From Fibrobacteria bacterium (GTDB lineage: Bacteria; Fibrobacterota; Fibrobacteria; UBA11236), in the NCBI GenBank assembly GCA_041746255.1, contig JBGTHM010000011.1:1-37902 (forward strand): a stretch of 37,902 nucleotides of DNA, written 5' to 3'. The notes beneath the pieces are model-generated. The model was not told the origin of the DNA, ran no database searches, and saw nothing but the letters and a program-made list of their open reading frames with translations. The number at the start of each line of letters is the position of its first letter. Position 1 is the first letter of the stretch. The position numbers and the translations under genes are program-made. Of this stretch, positions 17,398-26,367 are shown one piece after another.

Positions 17398-19781
17398 ATT
17401 TTTGTTTCCGCGAACAAGAAGGTTCCTTGCCAATTGTTGGATGGCAGATGCTCGTCGTCATGGGTGGCGTATTTGAAGCGGACGTGGACGCCTGCCCGCT
17501 CGCTGAAATCCCAGTCGAAGCCGAGGCCGTAAGCCATTTGCAGGTACTCGATGGGGGAATGAACCGCGACTACCCTGGGAACGGCGTTCTGAGAATTGAT
17601 ATCGAGGCTGGAAATGGGCTCGTAGTAGTTGATGTTGTTATAAGTGGGGGTGATCGCGCTGGTCTTATTGTAAAGGGCGTTGCGATAGGACTTTTCTGAT
17701 TTCCACGTTTCCGCGCCCACCAGCCCGATAACGTGAAAAGAGGGGCTGAGCGCGATGCCAGGCTCCAGCCTAGCCAGACCGGACCAGAGCAGGGTTTTGT
17801 CGGAGTTAAGGATACCGAGTGCGTCGGTTGTGATGGAACTAAACGCACCATACAGGGCGACCAGAATGGTGCGGTCCAGCCCAAACCATTGGTTGATGTT
17901 TCTACCCCAGTCAACGGCCAGGGTAGTGGAAAATTTCTGATGGCGGGGAACGATTCCCGCATTCGCTTGTTCGACGCTTTCGTAGGCAGCGAACTCCTCC
18001 CAAAGTTCCAGGTCGTCGCCGCGCAGGCCGCCGGGTTGGTGGCCGGCGTGCACCAGATTGCGATCCGGGCCGAGATCGCCTATGCGTGCCTGGTATTTGG
18101 GATTGCCGAAGGGAAGCCCCTCGTCCAGCATGCGTCTCGGGTCGGTGCGCGACCAGGATCCGGAGGCGTACCATAAATCCCTTCCGGTCAGATTATGTTG
18201 AAAGCGGAGTATGTCCTTGCCCTTGCCGACCTGGACGTGTTTTCCCAGGGTTACGGCCAAAAACCCGTTGGTAACCTTGGGCGACGCCTTGAAGTTGATT
18301 CCCGTCAGATTGGATTGATAACTGAAGCTACCGACGCCCAGTTTCATTTCGTCCTTGCGCACGGGCACGGCGTATTCGGTCATGGCGTATGGTGACCAGA
18401 AATTCCGGGAAGCGAAAAAAAGCTCCGTTTCCGAGGGATGACTGCCGGTGTTGTTCAACTTCAGGTAGGCGGCCGGAGCCATGGCGCTGGATGCCCTTTC
18501 CGTTCCGCTTCTACCGTCGTAAATAGTAACGTCGGGCTGGGAAGGATCCTGGACCCGCAAGTATTTGACGCTGTCTTCCATGGCCAACGCGATATCCGCT
18601 TGGATAAACAGGGTGGGGCTGAAATTGCCGCGGGCATCTAAGGAAAAAACCCTGGAGTTGGTAAAAAAAGGCTGGCGTCCTCCCCGGAACTGGTACCTGA
18701 ACCCCTGCACGGGATTGGGGGAGAAAACCCTCTGGTTGATGATGTCTTCTGGGAGTTGCACCCAAAGCAGGTTGCCGCCGAGGGTGATGTCGCGGAAAAC
18801 CTTTTGTCGGGTGAGTCGGCCGTAGTACAAATCCCCAATGCTGTTAATTGAACCCAGGGCCTCGGCATCGCCGAGGTGGGAATTGGTGTTACCGTCGGTA
18901 TTGGTGGGTAGAATGTTGGAAGGTTGGGCTACGTCGAATTGCAGTCCGAGGCCGAAAGGCATTTTGTACGCGTCGATCTCTATGCCGCCGAAAGGCTTTT
19001 TCGGCCAAGTGGACCGTCCCTGGTCGTTTCTCCGATAGAAGAATTTCTGGTTATAGTATTGGGCGGAGGACAGCTCGGGTTCATAGGATTCATAATACCA
19101 GGCGAGCCTTTGGCGAGGGTCCCTTTTCCAGATGGTGAAAGGGCTGCCTTCCAGCCACAGGGCGCTTCCGGCGCGCAAGTAGGCGTCGACGGGTTCGGTG
19201 CGGATTTCCATCCCGGCCATCATATCCTCGAAAACCCCCAATCCTTCCCGCTGTTTGTCCTGATTGGTGGGAAAGCGTTTTTTGTCGCTGAATACCGTGT
19301 CGAGGCCGGAGGCACCACTAGGTGTGGTGACCCACCTCGGATGCTTCCAGGACCTTTCGTTCAAGTCATGGCCTTGGAATCCGTACCCGAAGGTCAACAT
19401 GGACCAGACCTTCATGAAGGAATAGGCGTTGACGTTGACCTTGAGGGTAAGCTCCGCGTCCATGAAGGTTCCCGCCGCATCGGTCCCCAACCAAGCGGGG
19501 AATTCATCGTAGCGGTGGTTGAATGCGCGATTGACCAGAAAGCCGGAAAAGCCGACCTTGTCGGACGCGTTGGCGAGGTTGGTGGAGGCGATCCTTTCCT
19601 TGAACGGCAGCAAGGAGTCCGGTTCCGCGTCCGCTGATGCCGTGGTTTGAGGGGAATCGTCCAATGGCTCCGGTGAGGATTCCGCCACGACGGGAGCTTC
19701 TTCTGCTCCAGGTCCGCCGGTCCATGGATACAGCGCCGCCGCCGCAAATATGAGGAGTTCCCTCATTCTCATGCATTTCAC
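17388..19781 (-). CDS. putative outer-membrane beta-barrel protein (more distant member 1)
   Basis: Signal peptide, aromatic-rich strands (YGLGFDWDF…VHVRFKY), terminal AETKIWF. GTG start overlaps the upstream TGA; alternative ATG at 19772. Confidence 0.7.
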   Translation of the reverse strand: MKCMRMRELLIFAAAALYPWTGGPGAEEAPVVAESSPEPLDDSPQTTASADAEPDSLLPFKERIASTNLANASDKVGFSGFLVNRAFNHRYDEFPAWLGTDAAGTFMDAELTLKVNVNAYSFMKVWSMLTFGYGFQGHDLNERSWKHPRWVTTPSGASGLDTVFSDKKRFPTNQDKQREGLGVFEDMMAGMEIRTEPVDAYLRAGSALWLEGSPFTIWKRDPRQRLAWYYESYEPELSSAQYYNQKFFYRRNDQGRSTWPKKPFGGIEIDAYKMPFGLGLQFDVAQPSNILPTNTDGNTNSHLGDAEALGSINSIGDLYYGRLTRQKVFRDITLGGNLLWVQLPEDIINQRVFSPNPVQGFRYQFRGGRQPFFTNSRVFSLDARGNFSPTLFIQADIALAMEDSVKYLRVQDPSQPDVTIYDGRSGTERASSAMAPAAYLKLNNTGSHPSETELFFASRNFWSPYAMTEYAVPVRKDEMKLGVGSFSYQSNLTGINFKASPKVTNGFLAVTLGKHVQVGKGKDILRFQHNLTGRDLWYASGSWSRTDPRRMLDEGLPFGNPKYQARIGDLGPDRNLVHAGHQPGGLRGDDLELWEEFAAYESVEQANAGIVPRHQKFSTTLAVDWGRNINQWFGLDRTILVALYGAFSSITTDALGILNSDKTLLWSGLARLEPGIALSPSFHVIGLVGAETWKSEKSYRNALYNKTSAITPTYNNINYYEPISSLDINSQNAVPRVVAVHSPIEYLQMAYGLGFDWDFSERAGVHVRFKYATHDDEHLPSNNWQGTFLFAETKIWF

Positions 19782-20632
19782 TTGAAATCCTCATTGGTGA
19801 TGGCATAACCCGAACCGCCGACCAGCGAGCCTTCCGGCCCTTTTTTCAAAATCGTCACGTTATCCATCCATATTTTGAAAGATTTGTGCCGTTCCTTGTC
19901 GATATCGAAGGTGAAGCAGGAAACCTGCTTCCAATTGAAGGTGTTGAAAATGCGGGCGTTCACTTCCTCGCTCCAATAACTGCCTCGGGTTCCGAGCGCT
20001 CTCAAGGGAAACCTTACCCGTTTCCACTCTTCTTTGGATACTTTGGCAAAGCTACGGGAGTTGACCCACAGTTGCAATGCGCGTCCGGCCGGATTGTTTC
20101 CGTTATCGAGCAGCCCTACGCTGAACACCTCCTGGCCTTCGGCGCCCTTGACCCATAATTCCACCACGCCGGTTTCCAGGTAGGGGGACAGGTCCACCGG
20201 AGCGGGTGAACAAACGGCTCCGCCGGAATAGGCGTCGGCCTTGAGGATAACTTCCAGCGAAAACCGTCCGTCTTTGGCCTGAACGTCGGTCATGGCCGGT
20301 CTGGGATAACCGGAACCATCGGGATACATCCAGACCTGCGCGCCGGGAACCATGTTATCGTCCACGAATGCGATGGCCAGATTGGGATCCCGGTTCTTAC
20401 GCTTGAGCTGGAAATTGAGGACGGATGAGGAACGGTTTCGAATCCCTTGGAAATTCGTAGTCCCTGAAATCGCTCGCTTTGCGCGTACGTGCATGGTCTC
20501 CAGGGAAAGCGTATCTTTGCTCTCTAGGAGCGCTTCAGTTTCCGAACCACCTATGGCGGTACCGCCAAATCCAAGCATGACCAATATGGGGCTTGCGTAT
20601 TGAAGGGCCAAAAAGGTTCGTGATGCCTTCAC
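19778..20632 (-). CDS. secreted non-catalytic carbohydrate-binding-domain protein (CBM30/CBM11-like beta-sandwich)
   Basis: Signal peptide. DLSPY…LELWVKG-x2-G-x-E-x-FSVGLLD, WKRVRFPL, FNWKQV, IWMDNV pattern of galactose-binding-like folds. Confidence 0.65.
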   Translation of the reverse strand: MKASRTFLALQYASPILVMLGFGGTAIGGSETEALLESKDTLSLETMHVRAKRAISGTTNFQGIRNRSSSVLNFQLKRKNRDPNLAIAFVDDNMVPGAQVWMYPDGSGYPRPAMTDVQAKDGRFSLEVILKADAYSGGAVCSPAPVDLSPYLETGVVELWVKGAEGQEVFSVGLLDNGNNPAGRALQLWVNSRSFAKVSKEEWKRVRFPLRALGTRGSYWSEEVNARIFNTFNWKQVSCFTFDIDKERHKSFKIWMDNVTILKKGPEGSLVGGSGYAITNEDFK

Positions 20633-20656
20633 TCGAAACTACCTACATCTTTATAG

Positions 20657-20693
20657 AAAATGAAAAGAGGGGAAGGTGGCCTTCTTGCCCCCC
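20657..20693 (-). terminator. putative intrinsic terminator inside the operon
   Basis: Minus strand reads GGGGGGCAAGAAGG-CCA-CCTTCCCCTC followed by TTTTCATTTT, just after the stop at 20710. Confidence 0.45.
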
Positions 20694-20709
20694 ATGGAAA
20701 TACTTGGAT

Positions 20710-21771
20710 TTATTTTAACAGGGTGATGGTATTGGAAATATTCTCGTTGCCGACTTTCGCATGGACCATGTAAACGCCGTTGTCCAACATGGATAGGTCC
20801 ATAATGGGACGCAAAGTAGACACAACGCCGGAGGTCATGACCTTACCCGATAGACTCCTAACAGCGACCTCCATCGTGCCGATTTTAGCAATATCGGTGA
20901 AATGAAGCGCGCCGTCGGCGATGTTCATGGAAAATCTTTTGTGCTTACCGGCTGCGATTTCAAAAATTGAGTTAGGAGTTGCATTGGGGACGACCTGGCA
21001 GTTGACTCCGTTGAGAGCTACTTTCTTGACGGTCAGGGTGTGTTCGTTTTGGTCATATGGCGCAGGTTCGGCGGCGACCAAACCGGTTTGGCCTTCATAG
21101 AAAATTATTAGTCGTGTGACTTTGGTTAGGTCCAAAGCGGCAGCGGCGGGATCGATCCATTTGGGGGCGATGCCGACAAATCCGGAAGTGAGGGCGAATT
21201 TTTTACCGACTTCAACTGCGCCGGTTCCTTGATATCTCCACCCATATTGCGGGCTGGTGGGGCTGTCCTTCTCGATCCAGGGATTGTAAAGACCGATCCA
21301 AAGCTGGCGGTTGGCAGTAAAACCGATATCCAATTCCAGCTCGGTGCAGGAACTAATATTGACCTCATTTCCCTTTTCCCAGGGCAGTTTTTCCCAAGCA
21401 TCCGGACCGACTTCAGCCTTAAAATTCATCACCCAGCCTGCATAGGCCCATTTCTTATCAACGCCCGCATCGGCGGTTACTTTTAGTTTTGAGACCAGCG
21501 CTCCACCGTCATAGGCCTTGGCGATGTTGTGTCCTGCATAGCAACCCGACGCGCAACCCTCTCCTAGAACCAAATCACTGCCGGTGAAGATGTCGAGAAC
21601 CTTGGATGAGCCACCGACGCCGGGCCAGATGTCGGAATCGGCGCTCCAATTCCCGCCAAGCTTGTTGGCCCCGGTGGTATTGGTGAAATCATCAACTAGC
21701 ACGTTGGCATGAATCACCACAACGCCCAGGAGCAACCCACCCAGGGTGGTTCTTATCTGCTTCGAATTCAT
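20710..21771 (-). CDS. secreted CBM11/CIA30-like domain protein with T9SS type A-like C-terminal domain
   Basis: Signal peptide (…VIHA). LVDDF…GGNW-x3-D…GGSS domain start. CTD reads VRSLSGKV…DLSMLDNGVYMV. Purine-rich RBS. Confidence 0.7.
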   Translation of the reverse strand: MNSKQIRTTLGGLLLGVVVIHANVLVDDFTNTTGANKLGGNWSADSDIWPGVGGSSKVLDIFTGSDLVLGEGCASGCYAGHNIAKAYDGGALVSKLKVTADAGVDKKWAYAGWVMNFKAEVGPDAWEKLPWEKGNEVNISSCTELELDIGFTANRQLWIGLYNPWIEKDSPTSPQYGWRYQGTGAVEVGKKFALTSGFVGIAPKWIDPAAAALDLTKVTRLIIFYEGQTGLVAAEPAPYDQNEHTLTVKKVALNGVNCQVVPNATPNSIFEIAAGKHKRFSMNIADGALHFTDIAKIGTMEVAVRSLSGKVMTSGVVSTLRPIMDLSMLDNGVYMVHAKVGNENISNTITLLK

Positions 21772-21886
21772 CTTCCTTCTCCCATTTGTGAAAATATTGT
21801 CGATCGGGCGATAAGCCTATGCCGAATCGATTACTCACTAAACCTATGTTGGATGGAAGCAATTGTCCATGGACCGCAGTTTAAAA

Positions 21887-21908
21887 GTGATGAATCATTT
21901 TTCACCAC
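21887..21908. promoter_or_regulatory. palindromic operator copy 2 (GTGATGAA-TCATTT-TTCACCAC)
   Basis: Lies in the AT-rich divergent promoter region between the outer-membrane operon and the chitinase. Confidence 0.75.
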
Positions 21909-22125
21909 TAATTCTTCCATTTTTTCGCAATACCCCAATATTTTAGGGGTTAAAACGTCATAAGAGAAAAAGGTATGGATCGGGATTCCATCATACGGAA
22001 AGCACAGGTGAAAGAAGATAAACATTCATCAACCGTATTTTTTCTTAGATTAAATTACGCATGGGGTTCTCACAAAATTCAATTTCAGAATCGAGCAAAG
22101 CCTCAATTTCATACAAGAAAGAAAC

Positions 22126-23274
22126 ATGAGAAAAATTCCAACGATGGCATCCGTGGTGGCGGCCGCCCTATTGACGGGTGTTCAGGCGGCTGACATGCAG
22201 GCGCAAGCGGTTCCGGCGGAAACCGAAAATAAATTCCTCATGGGATATTATCCCAACTGGAGCCACTACTCGGGCTTCACTGCCGACAAAATCCCTTATG
22301 ACTACCTGACCCACATCCTATACGCCTTCTACATCACCGACAACGGCGGCAACATATCCAATTCGGATCCCCTCGACGGGGAGAACTTCAAGAAGCTGGT
22401 CAAGAACGCCCACGCCAAGGGTGTCAAGGTGTTGCTTTCCATCGGCGGGGCTTCGCAGTCCGAAGGCTTTAAGGCCATGTCCGCAAGCTCCGGATCGCGC
22501 GCCAACTTCATCAAGAACTGCATCAAAGTAGCCGAGGATCTAAAGCTCGACGGCATTGACCTGGATTGGGAATACCCGGCGGAAGGCGACGGTGACAACC
22601 AGGAAAAGCTGCATAGGGAAATGCGCGCAGCCTTGGATAAGCTGCCCCGGAAAATACTTTTAACCGCCGCCGTTCCGGCCAGCGACTGGTGGGCTCGGCA
22701 TTCCACCGACGAGGCTTTCAAGTTGCTGGATTACCTCAACGTGATGACCTATGACTATATGGGAACGTGGGAGAAGTACGTCATTCCCAATTCCGGTTTC
22801 GACATGTCCACGGCCACCTTGGAATATTATGAGGAGCGAGGCATACCCCGATCCAAGCTCCTGCTGGGCGCGGCCTTCTACGGCAAATCTTTCGACGGCG
22901 CCACCGGCATGGGCTCCACCTACACCGGCAAGGGCAGCGGCCACGACGGAATTTGGCTATGGAAGGATTTGTTGAAGCAGTTCGAAGCGGTGCCTTACAA
23001 TATCATGTGGGACGAAAAGACCAAGAGCGAATTCGCTCTCGGCAACGACGAGATCATCGTTTTCAACGGGCTTCCCAGCCAGCGCGTCTGGGGCGAATAC
23101 GTGCGGAACAGCGAATACGCCGGGGTCATGTTCTGGGACATGCTCTGCGACGTGGAATATAAAAGCAAATCGTTGCTGGTATCTCTTTTCCGCGGCCTGC
23201 GTGGAATCAATCGAGACTCCATGGTCACCCCGCCTCCGGGACCCCAATGGAGCTTGCCGGCAGCCACCGAATAA
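22126..23274 (+). CDS. GH18 chitinase-family glycoside hydrolase, secreted, single domain
   Basis: Signal peptide. GYYPNW, THILYAF, LSIGG, intact catalytic LDGIDLDWEYP, VMTYD, FYG, GVMFW. Confidence 0.95.
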   Translation: MRKIPTMASVVAAALLTGVQAADMQAQAVPAETENKFLMGYYPNWSHYSGFTADKIPYDYLTHILYAFYITDNGGNISNSDPLDGENFKKLVKNAHAKGVKVLLSIGGASQSEGFKAMSASSGSRANFIKNCIKVAEDLKLDGIDLDWEYPAEGDGDNQEKLHREMRAALDKLPRKILLTAAVPASDWWARHSTDEAFKLLDYLNVMTYDYMGTWEKYVIPNSGFDMSTATLEYYEERGIPRSKLLLGAAFYGKSFDGATGMGSTYTGKGSGHDGIWLWKDLLKQFEAVPYNIMWDEKTKSEFALGNDEIIVFNGLPSQRVWGEYVRNSEYAGVMFWDMLCDVEYKSKSLLVSLFRGLRGINRDSMVTPPPGPQWSLPAATE

Positions 23275-23370
23275 GTCCGGCATGTGTAAACAATCAGGCT
23301 TGCGGATGTAGAAACGCGCGCCCAAAACGACATTCTCCCCTGGGCAGCCGCACATATGACAATAGTCCAG

Positions 23371-23399
23371 AAAGAAAAAGCGATATCCCGGATATTCGC
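23371..23399 (-). terminator. putative intrinsic terminator of the ABC operon
   Basis: Hairpin GCGATATC-CCG-GATATTCGC next to an A-tract (U-tract on the minus strand), between convergent genes. Confidence 0.4.
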
Positions 23400-23415
23400 A
23401 CCGTTTTTAATATTT

Positions 23416-24552
23416 TCAAAACCTGTCCGCCCACCACATGTGGGCATGGCGAAGGGGAAACCAGGCGTTTAGAAGGGAGGCTTGGGATTTCGTCATCCGG
23501 AGTATTCCCGCCGCCGTCAGATCGGGGGCCGAGCGGTAGCCCATGACCATTTGCAACAAAAAACTATGCGGGATTTTCACGGCGCCGCGTCCCGATCCGG
23601 TCGAGAATCTCGAACCGCGGGAACCGACCTCCAGGACACCATTGCCCAGCTCCGTGGAAATGGCCAAGCGCCCCTTCGGCCCGGCCTTTGCGATTCCGGA
23701 CGCCGCTTTGTCCATGAAGGCGCGCAAGTCGAGGATGAGTCCCATGAATTCGCCGTTGCAGGGATAGCGGATATGGGATTCGCACCCGAACTCCCTGCAG
23801 AAGAGTGCGAAAGGGTGGTCGGGCGGTATTGTGAGCGTCACCTCCTCCTTACCCAGATCCACCGCGCGGCGCGCCAGAAACTCGAGGATGACCGCCTGAA
23901 CGTCCCATCCGGTCCCACCGGCCTCGGAGGCCCTGCACCTGGACGCCTCATCATCGAAAACCAGGTAACCCGCGACCTTTTCCCTTCCGTCGACAATTGC
24001 GCGCATTCCCGGTTTGGTGAAAAAGCCGGCGCTGCGGGGAAAGCCCTGCCATGCCTTAGCGTCCCTGACTATCGAGCCCGTACGGGCCGCGTTTTCCCGG
24101 TTATAGATGCGCACGATAGCGGGAATATCCTCCCGGCGCACCTCTCTAACCTTCAACCCGGAACTTGCCTTTGAACGGCCGAAAAGCGGCCTGACTTTTT
24201 CCGCCGAAAGGGTGGGAATACGCAGTTCATATTCCGGGATGCAGCAGGTGTATCCGAAACGGTGATAGAAATCCGGAATGCCGTGGAGGATAGTGGCCGA
24301 GTAGCCCTCGCGCTTCATCAGCGCCAACGCGCCCCTCATAACCCGGCTGGCGAGGCCCTGTCCCCGGTATTTTTCTTCCGTCTCCACCGAGGAAATCCCC
24401 CCGATCTTCACCTCCGATCCGCCGATACGCATCGTGCGGTCGACAATCCACATTCGGGAGGCGGAATGGCCTGTATCGAGGAGTTCGATTTTCCATCCCG
24501 AAGAGACCCTGTCCGGAGGGCAGGAGCTGGTGCGGGTTTCCTTCATGACCAT
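23416..24552 (-). CDS. Eis-like GNAT N-acetyltransferase
   Basis: GGISSVET-x3-YRGQGLAS acetyl-CoA motif, FYHRFGY, a second GNAT-like domain and an SCP2-like tail ending in DRF. AGGAG RBS. Confidence 0.85.
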   Translation of the reverse strand: MVMKETRTSSCPPDRVSSGWKIELLDTGHSASRMWIVDRTMRIGGSEVKIGGISSVETEEKYRGQGLASRVMRGALALMKREGYSATILHGIPDFYHRFGYTCCIPEYELRIPTLSAEKVRPLFGRSKASSGLKVREVRREDIPAIVRIYNRENAARTGSIVRDAKAWQGFPRSAGFFTKPGMRAIVDGREKVAGYLVFDDEASRCRASEAGGTGWDVQAVILEFLARRAVDLGKEEVTLTIPPDHPFALFCREFGCESHIRYPCNGEFMGLILDLRAFMDKAASGIAKAGPKGRLAISTELGNGVLEVGSRGSRFSTGSGRGAVKIPHSFLLQMVMGYRSAPDLTAAGILRMTKSQASLLNAWFPLRHAHMWWADRF

Positions 24553-24566
24553 GCGGGTGCTCCTCC

Positions 24567-25370
24567 TCAGCGGGAGATTTTGGCGAGCAGTTGTTCCGCG
24601 GTGGGCATGGACGGTACGGAATTTATCAGGTTGCGCGTGTACTCGTCTTTAGGGTTGAGGAAAATATCTTCCGCCGTCGAACATTCGACCAACTTGCCGT
24701 TCCGCATAATGAGGACTTCGTCACTTAGGTATTCCACGACGCCGAGGTTATGGGAGATGAAGAGGTAGGTGAGATCGAGTTCCTTCTGCAGGTCCATCAG
24801 CAGGTTGACGATCTGGGCTTGTATGGACACGTCCAGCGCGGATACCGCCTCGTCGCATACGATGAATTTAGGATCCAGGGCCAAGGCGCGGGCGATGTTG
24901 ATGCGCTGTTGTTGCCCGCCGGAGAATTCGTACGGAAAGGCGTAGGCGAACCGGGGATGGATACCCACTATGTCCATAAGCTCCTTCACCCTTTTCCGGC
25001 GGGATTCCTTATCGCCTATACCCCAAATTCTCATCGGATCCTCGATGGCGGAACCCACGCTCATCTTGGGATTAAGGGAGGAAAAAGGATTCTGGAAAAT
25101 CATCTGCATATTACGACGATAGGGTCGAAATCGCCTATGGGTAATTCCGGAAATAATCTCCCCGTTGAACCTGATCTCCCCGGAGTCCGGCTCGATGAGC
25201 CTCAGTATACATCTGCCCAGAGTGGACTTTCCGGATCCGGATTCTCCCAGCACACCCAACGTCTTGCCCCGGGGTATGCGCAGGCTGATATCATCCACTG
25301 CAACGACACGTTGTCCGCCCTTGCCGAAGGTTTTACTGATGTGGTTCGCCTCGAATATATAGTCAGCCAT
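24567..25370 (-). CDS. oppF: Opp/Dpp-type ABC transporter ATPase (OppF-like)
   Basis: GESGSGKST, FSGGQQQR, IVCDEAVSALD, ISHNL. Confidence 0.9.
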   Translation of the reverse strand: MADYIFEANHISKTFGKGGQRVVAVDDISLRIPRGKTLGVLGESGSGKSTLGRCILRLIEPDSGEIRFNGEIISGITHRRFRPYRRNMQMIFQNPFSSLNPKMSVGSAIEDPMRIWGIGDKESRRKRVKELMDIVGIHPRFAYAFPYEFSGGQQQRINIARALALDPKFIVCDEAVSALDVSIQAQIVNLLMDLQKELDLTYLFISHNLGVVEYLSDEVLIMRNGKLVECSTAEDIFLNPKDEYTRNLINSVPSMPTAEQLLAKISR

Positions 25371-25389
25371 GTTCGTAACTCGTTCCTGG

Positions 25390-26367
25390 TTAATTCGGAA
25401 AGTGGCAGCTCACGAAATGGGAATCGTCCGTTGCCTGAAGCAAAACCGGTGCCTCCGAGCGGCATTTGTCCTTGGCCGCGGGACAGCGCGGGTGGAACCG
25501 GCATCCCTCCGGCAATTGCGTGAGGGGTGGGATATTTCCCTTGATGGGCTCGATGCGTATCCCTTTCCTGCCCAGCTCCATGTTGGAGGAGAACAAGGCT
25601 TTGGTGTACGGATGTCCCGCTTTTGAAACGAGCTGATAGGCTGAACCTTTTTCCATCATCCTGCCGGCATACAGCACCAGCACACGATCACAGTAATTCA
25701 GGGCGACGGGAAGGTTATGGGTGATCATGATGATGGAAAGGCCCAAATCGTCCTTCATCTGCATCATCAATTCCAGGATTTGCTTCTCCACCGTCACGTC
25801 CAGGGCGGTGGTAGGTTCGTCGGCGATGAGGAGTTTGGGGCCGCAGGAAAGGGCCATGGCGATCATCACCCGCTGGCGCATGCCGCCGGAAAGTTCATGG
25901 GGATAGGCTCGGTAACGCATGGCGGGTTCGCGGATGCCCACCTTGTTGAGGAGTTCCACGACCATGTCTTTGACTTCGGAGCGTTTCGCTTTCCCGTGCA
26001 GCAGCATGCCTTCGGCGATTTGCGGGCCTATGCGCAAGGTGGGATTGAGGGAACTCATGGGGTTCTGGAACACGAACCCGATTTCCTTGCCGAGGATTTT
26101 GGCCAGGCCATCGGCGTTGAGCTTGAGCAGGTCGCGCCCCAGAAATAAAGCCTTGCCCCCGGTTTCCCGCCCTTCCTTTTTGATGAGGCCGGTGATGCTG
26201 AGCATGCTCACCGATTTTCCGGATCCCGATTCGCCGACTATGCCCAAAACCTCCCCGGGTCGCAACTTGAAATCCAGCCCGTCCACGGCTTTCAGGAGCC
26301 CCGTATCGGTTTGGAAGGCCACTTTCAGATCCTGCACCTCCAGGATGGGGGCGTCATTCCTTTCCAT
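25390..26367 (-). CDS. oppD: Opp/Dpp-type ABC transporter ATPase (OppD-like)
   Basis: GESGSGKS, YPHELSGGMRQR, ADEPTTALD, HPYT, GCRFHPRC. Confidence 0.92.
   Translation of the reverse strand: MERNDAPILEVQDLKVAFQTDTGLLKAVDGLDFKLRPGEVLGIVGESGSGKSVSMLSITGLIKKEGRETGGKALFLGRDLLKLNADGLAKILGKEIGFVFQNPMSSLNPTLRIGPQIAEGMLLHGKAKRSEVKDMVVELLNKVGIREPAMRYRAYPHELSGGMRQRVMIAMALSCGPKLLIADEPTTALDVTVEKQILELMMQMKDDLGLSIIMITHNLPVALNYCDRVLVLYAGRMMEKGSAYQLVSKAGHPYTKALFSSNMELGRKGIRIEPIKGNIPPLTQLPEGCRFHPRCPAAKDKCRSEAPVLLQATDDSHFVSCHFPN

Noticed and set aside
22008..22031. Possible sixth operator copy (GTGAAAGAAGATAAACATTCATCA)
   Set aside because: Only the right half-site matches. The left arm does not fit the 6-bp spacing.
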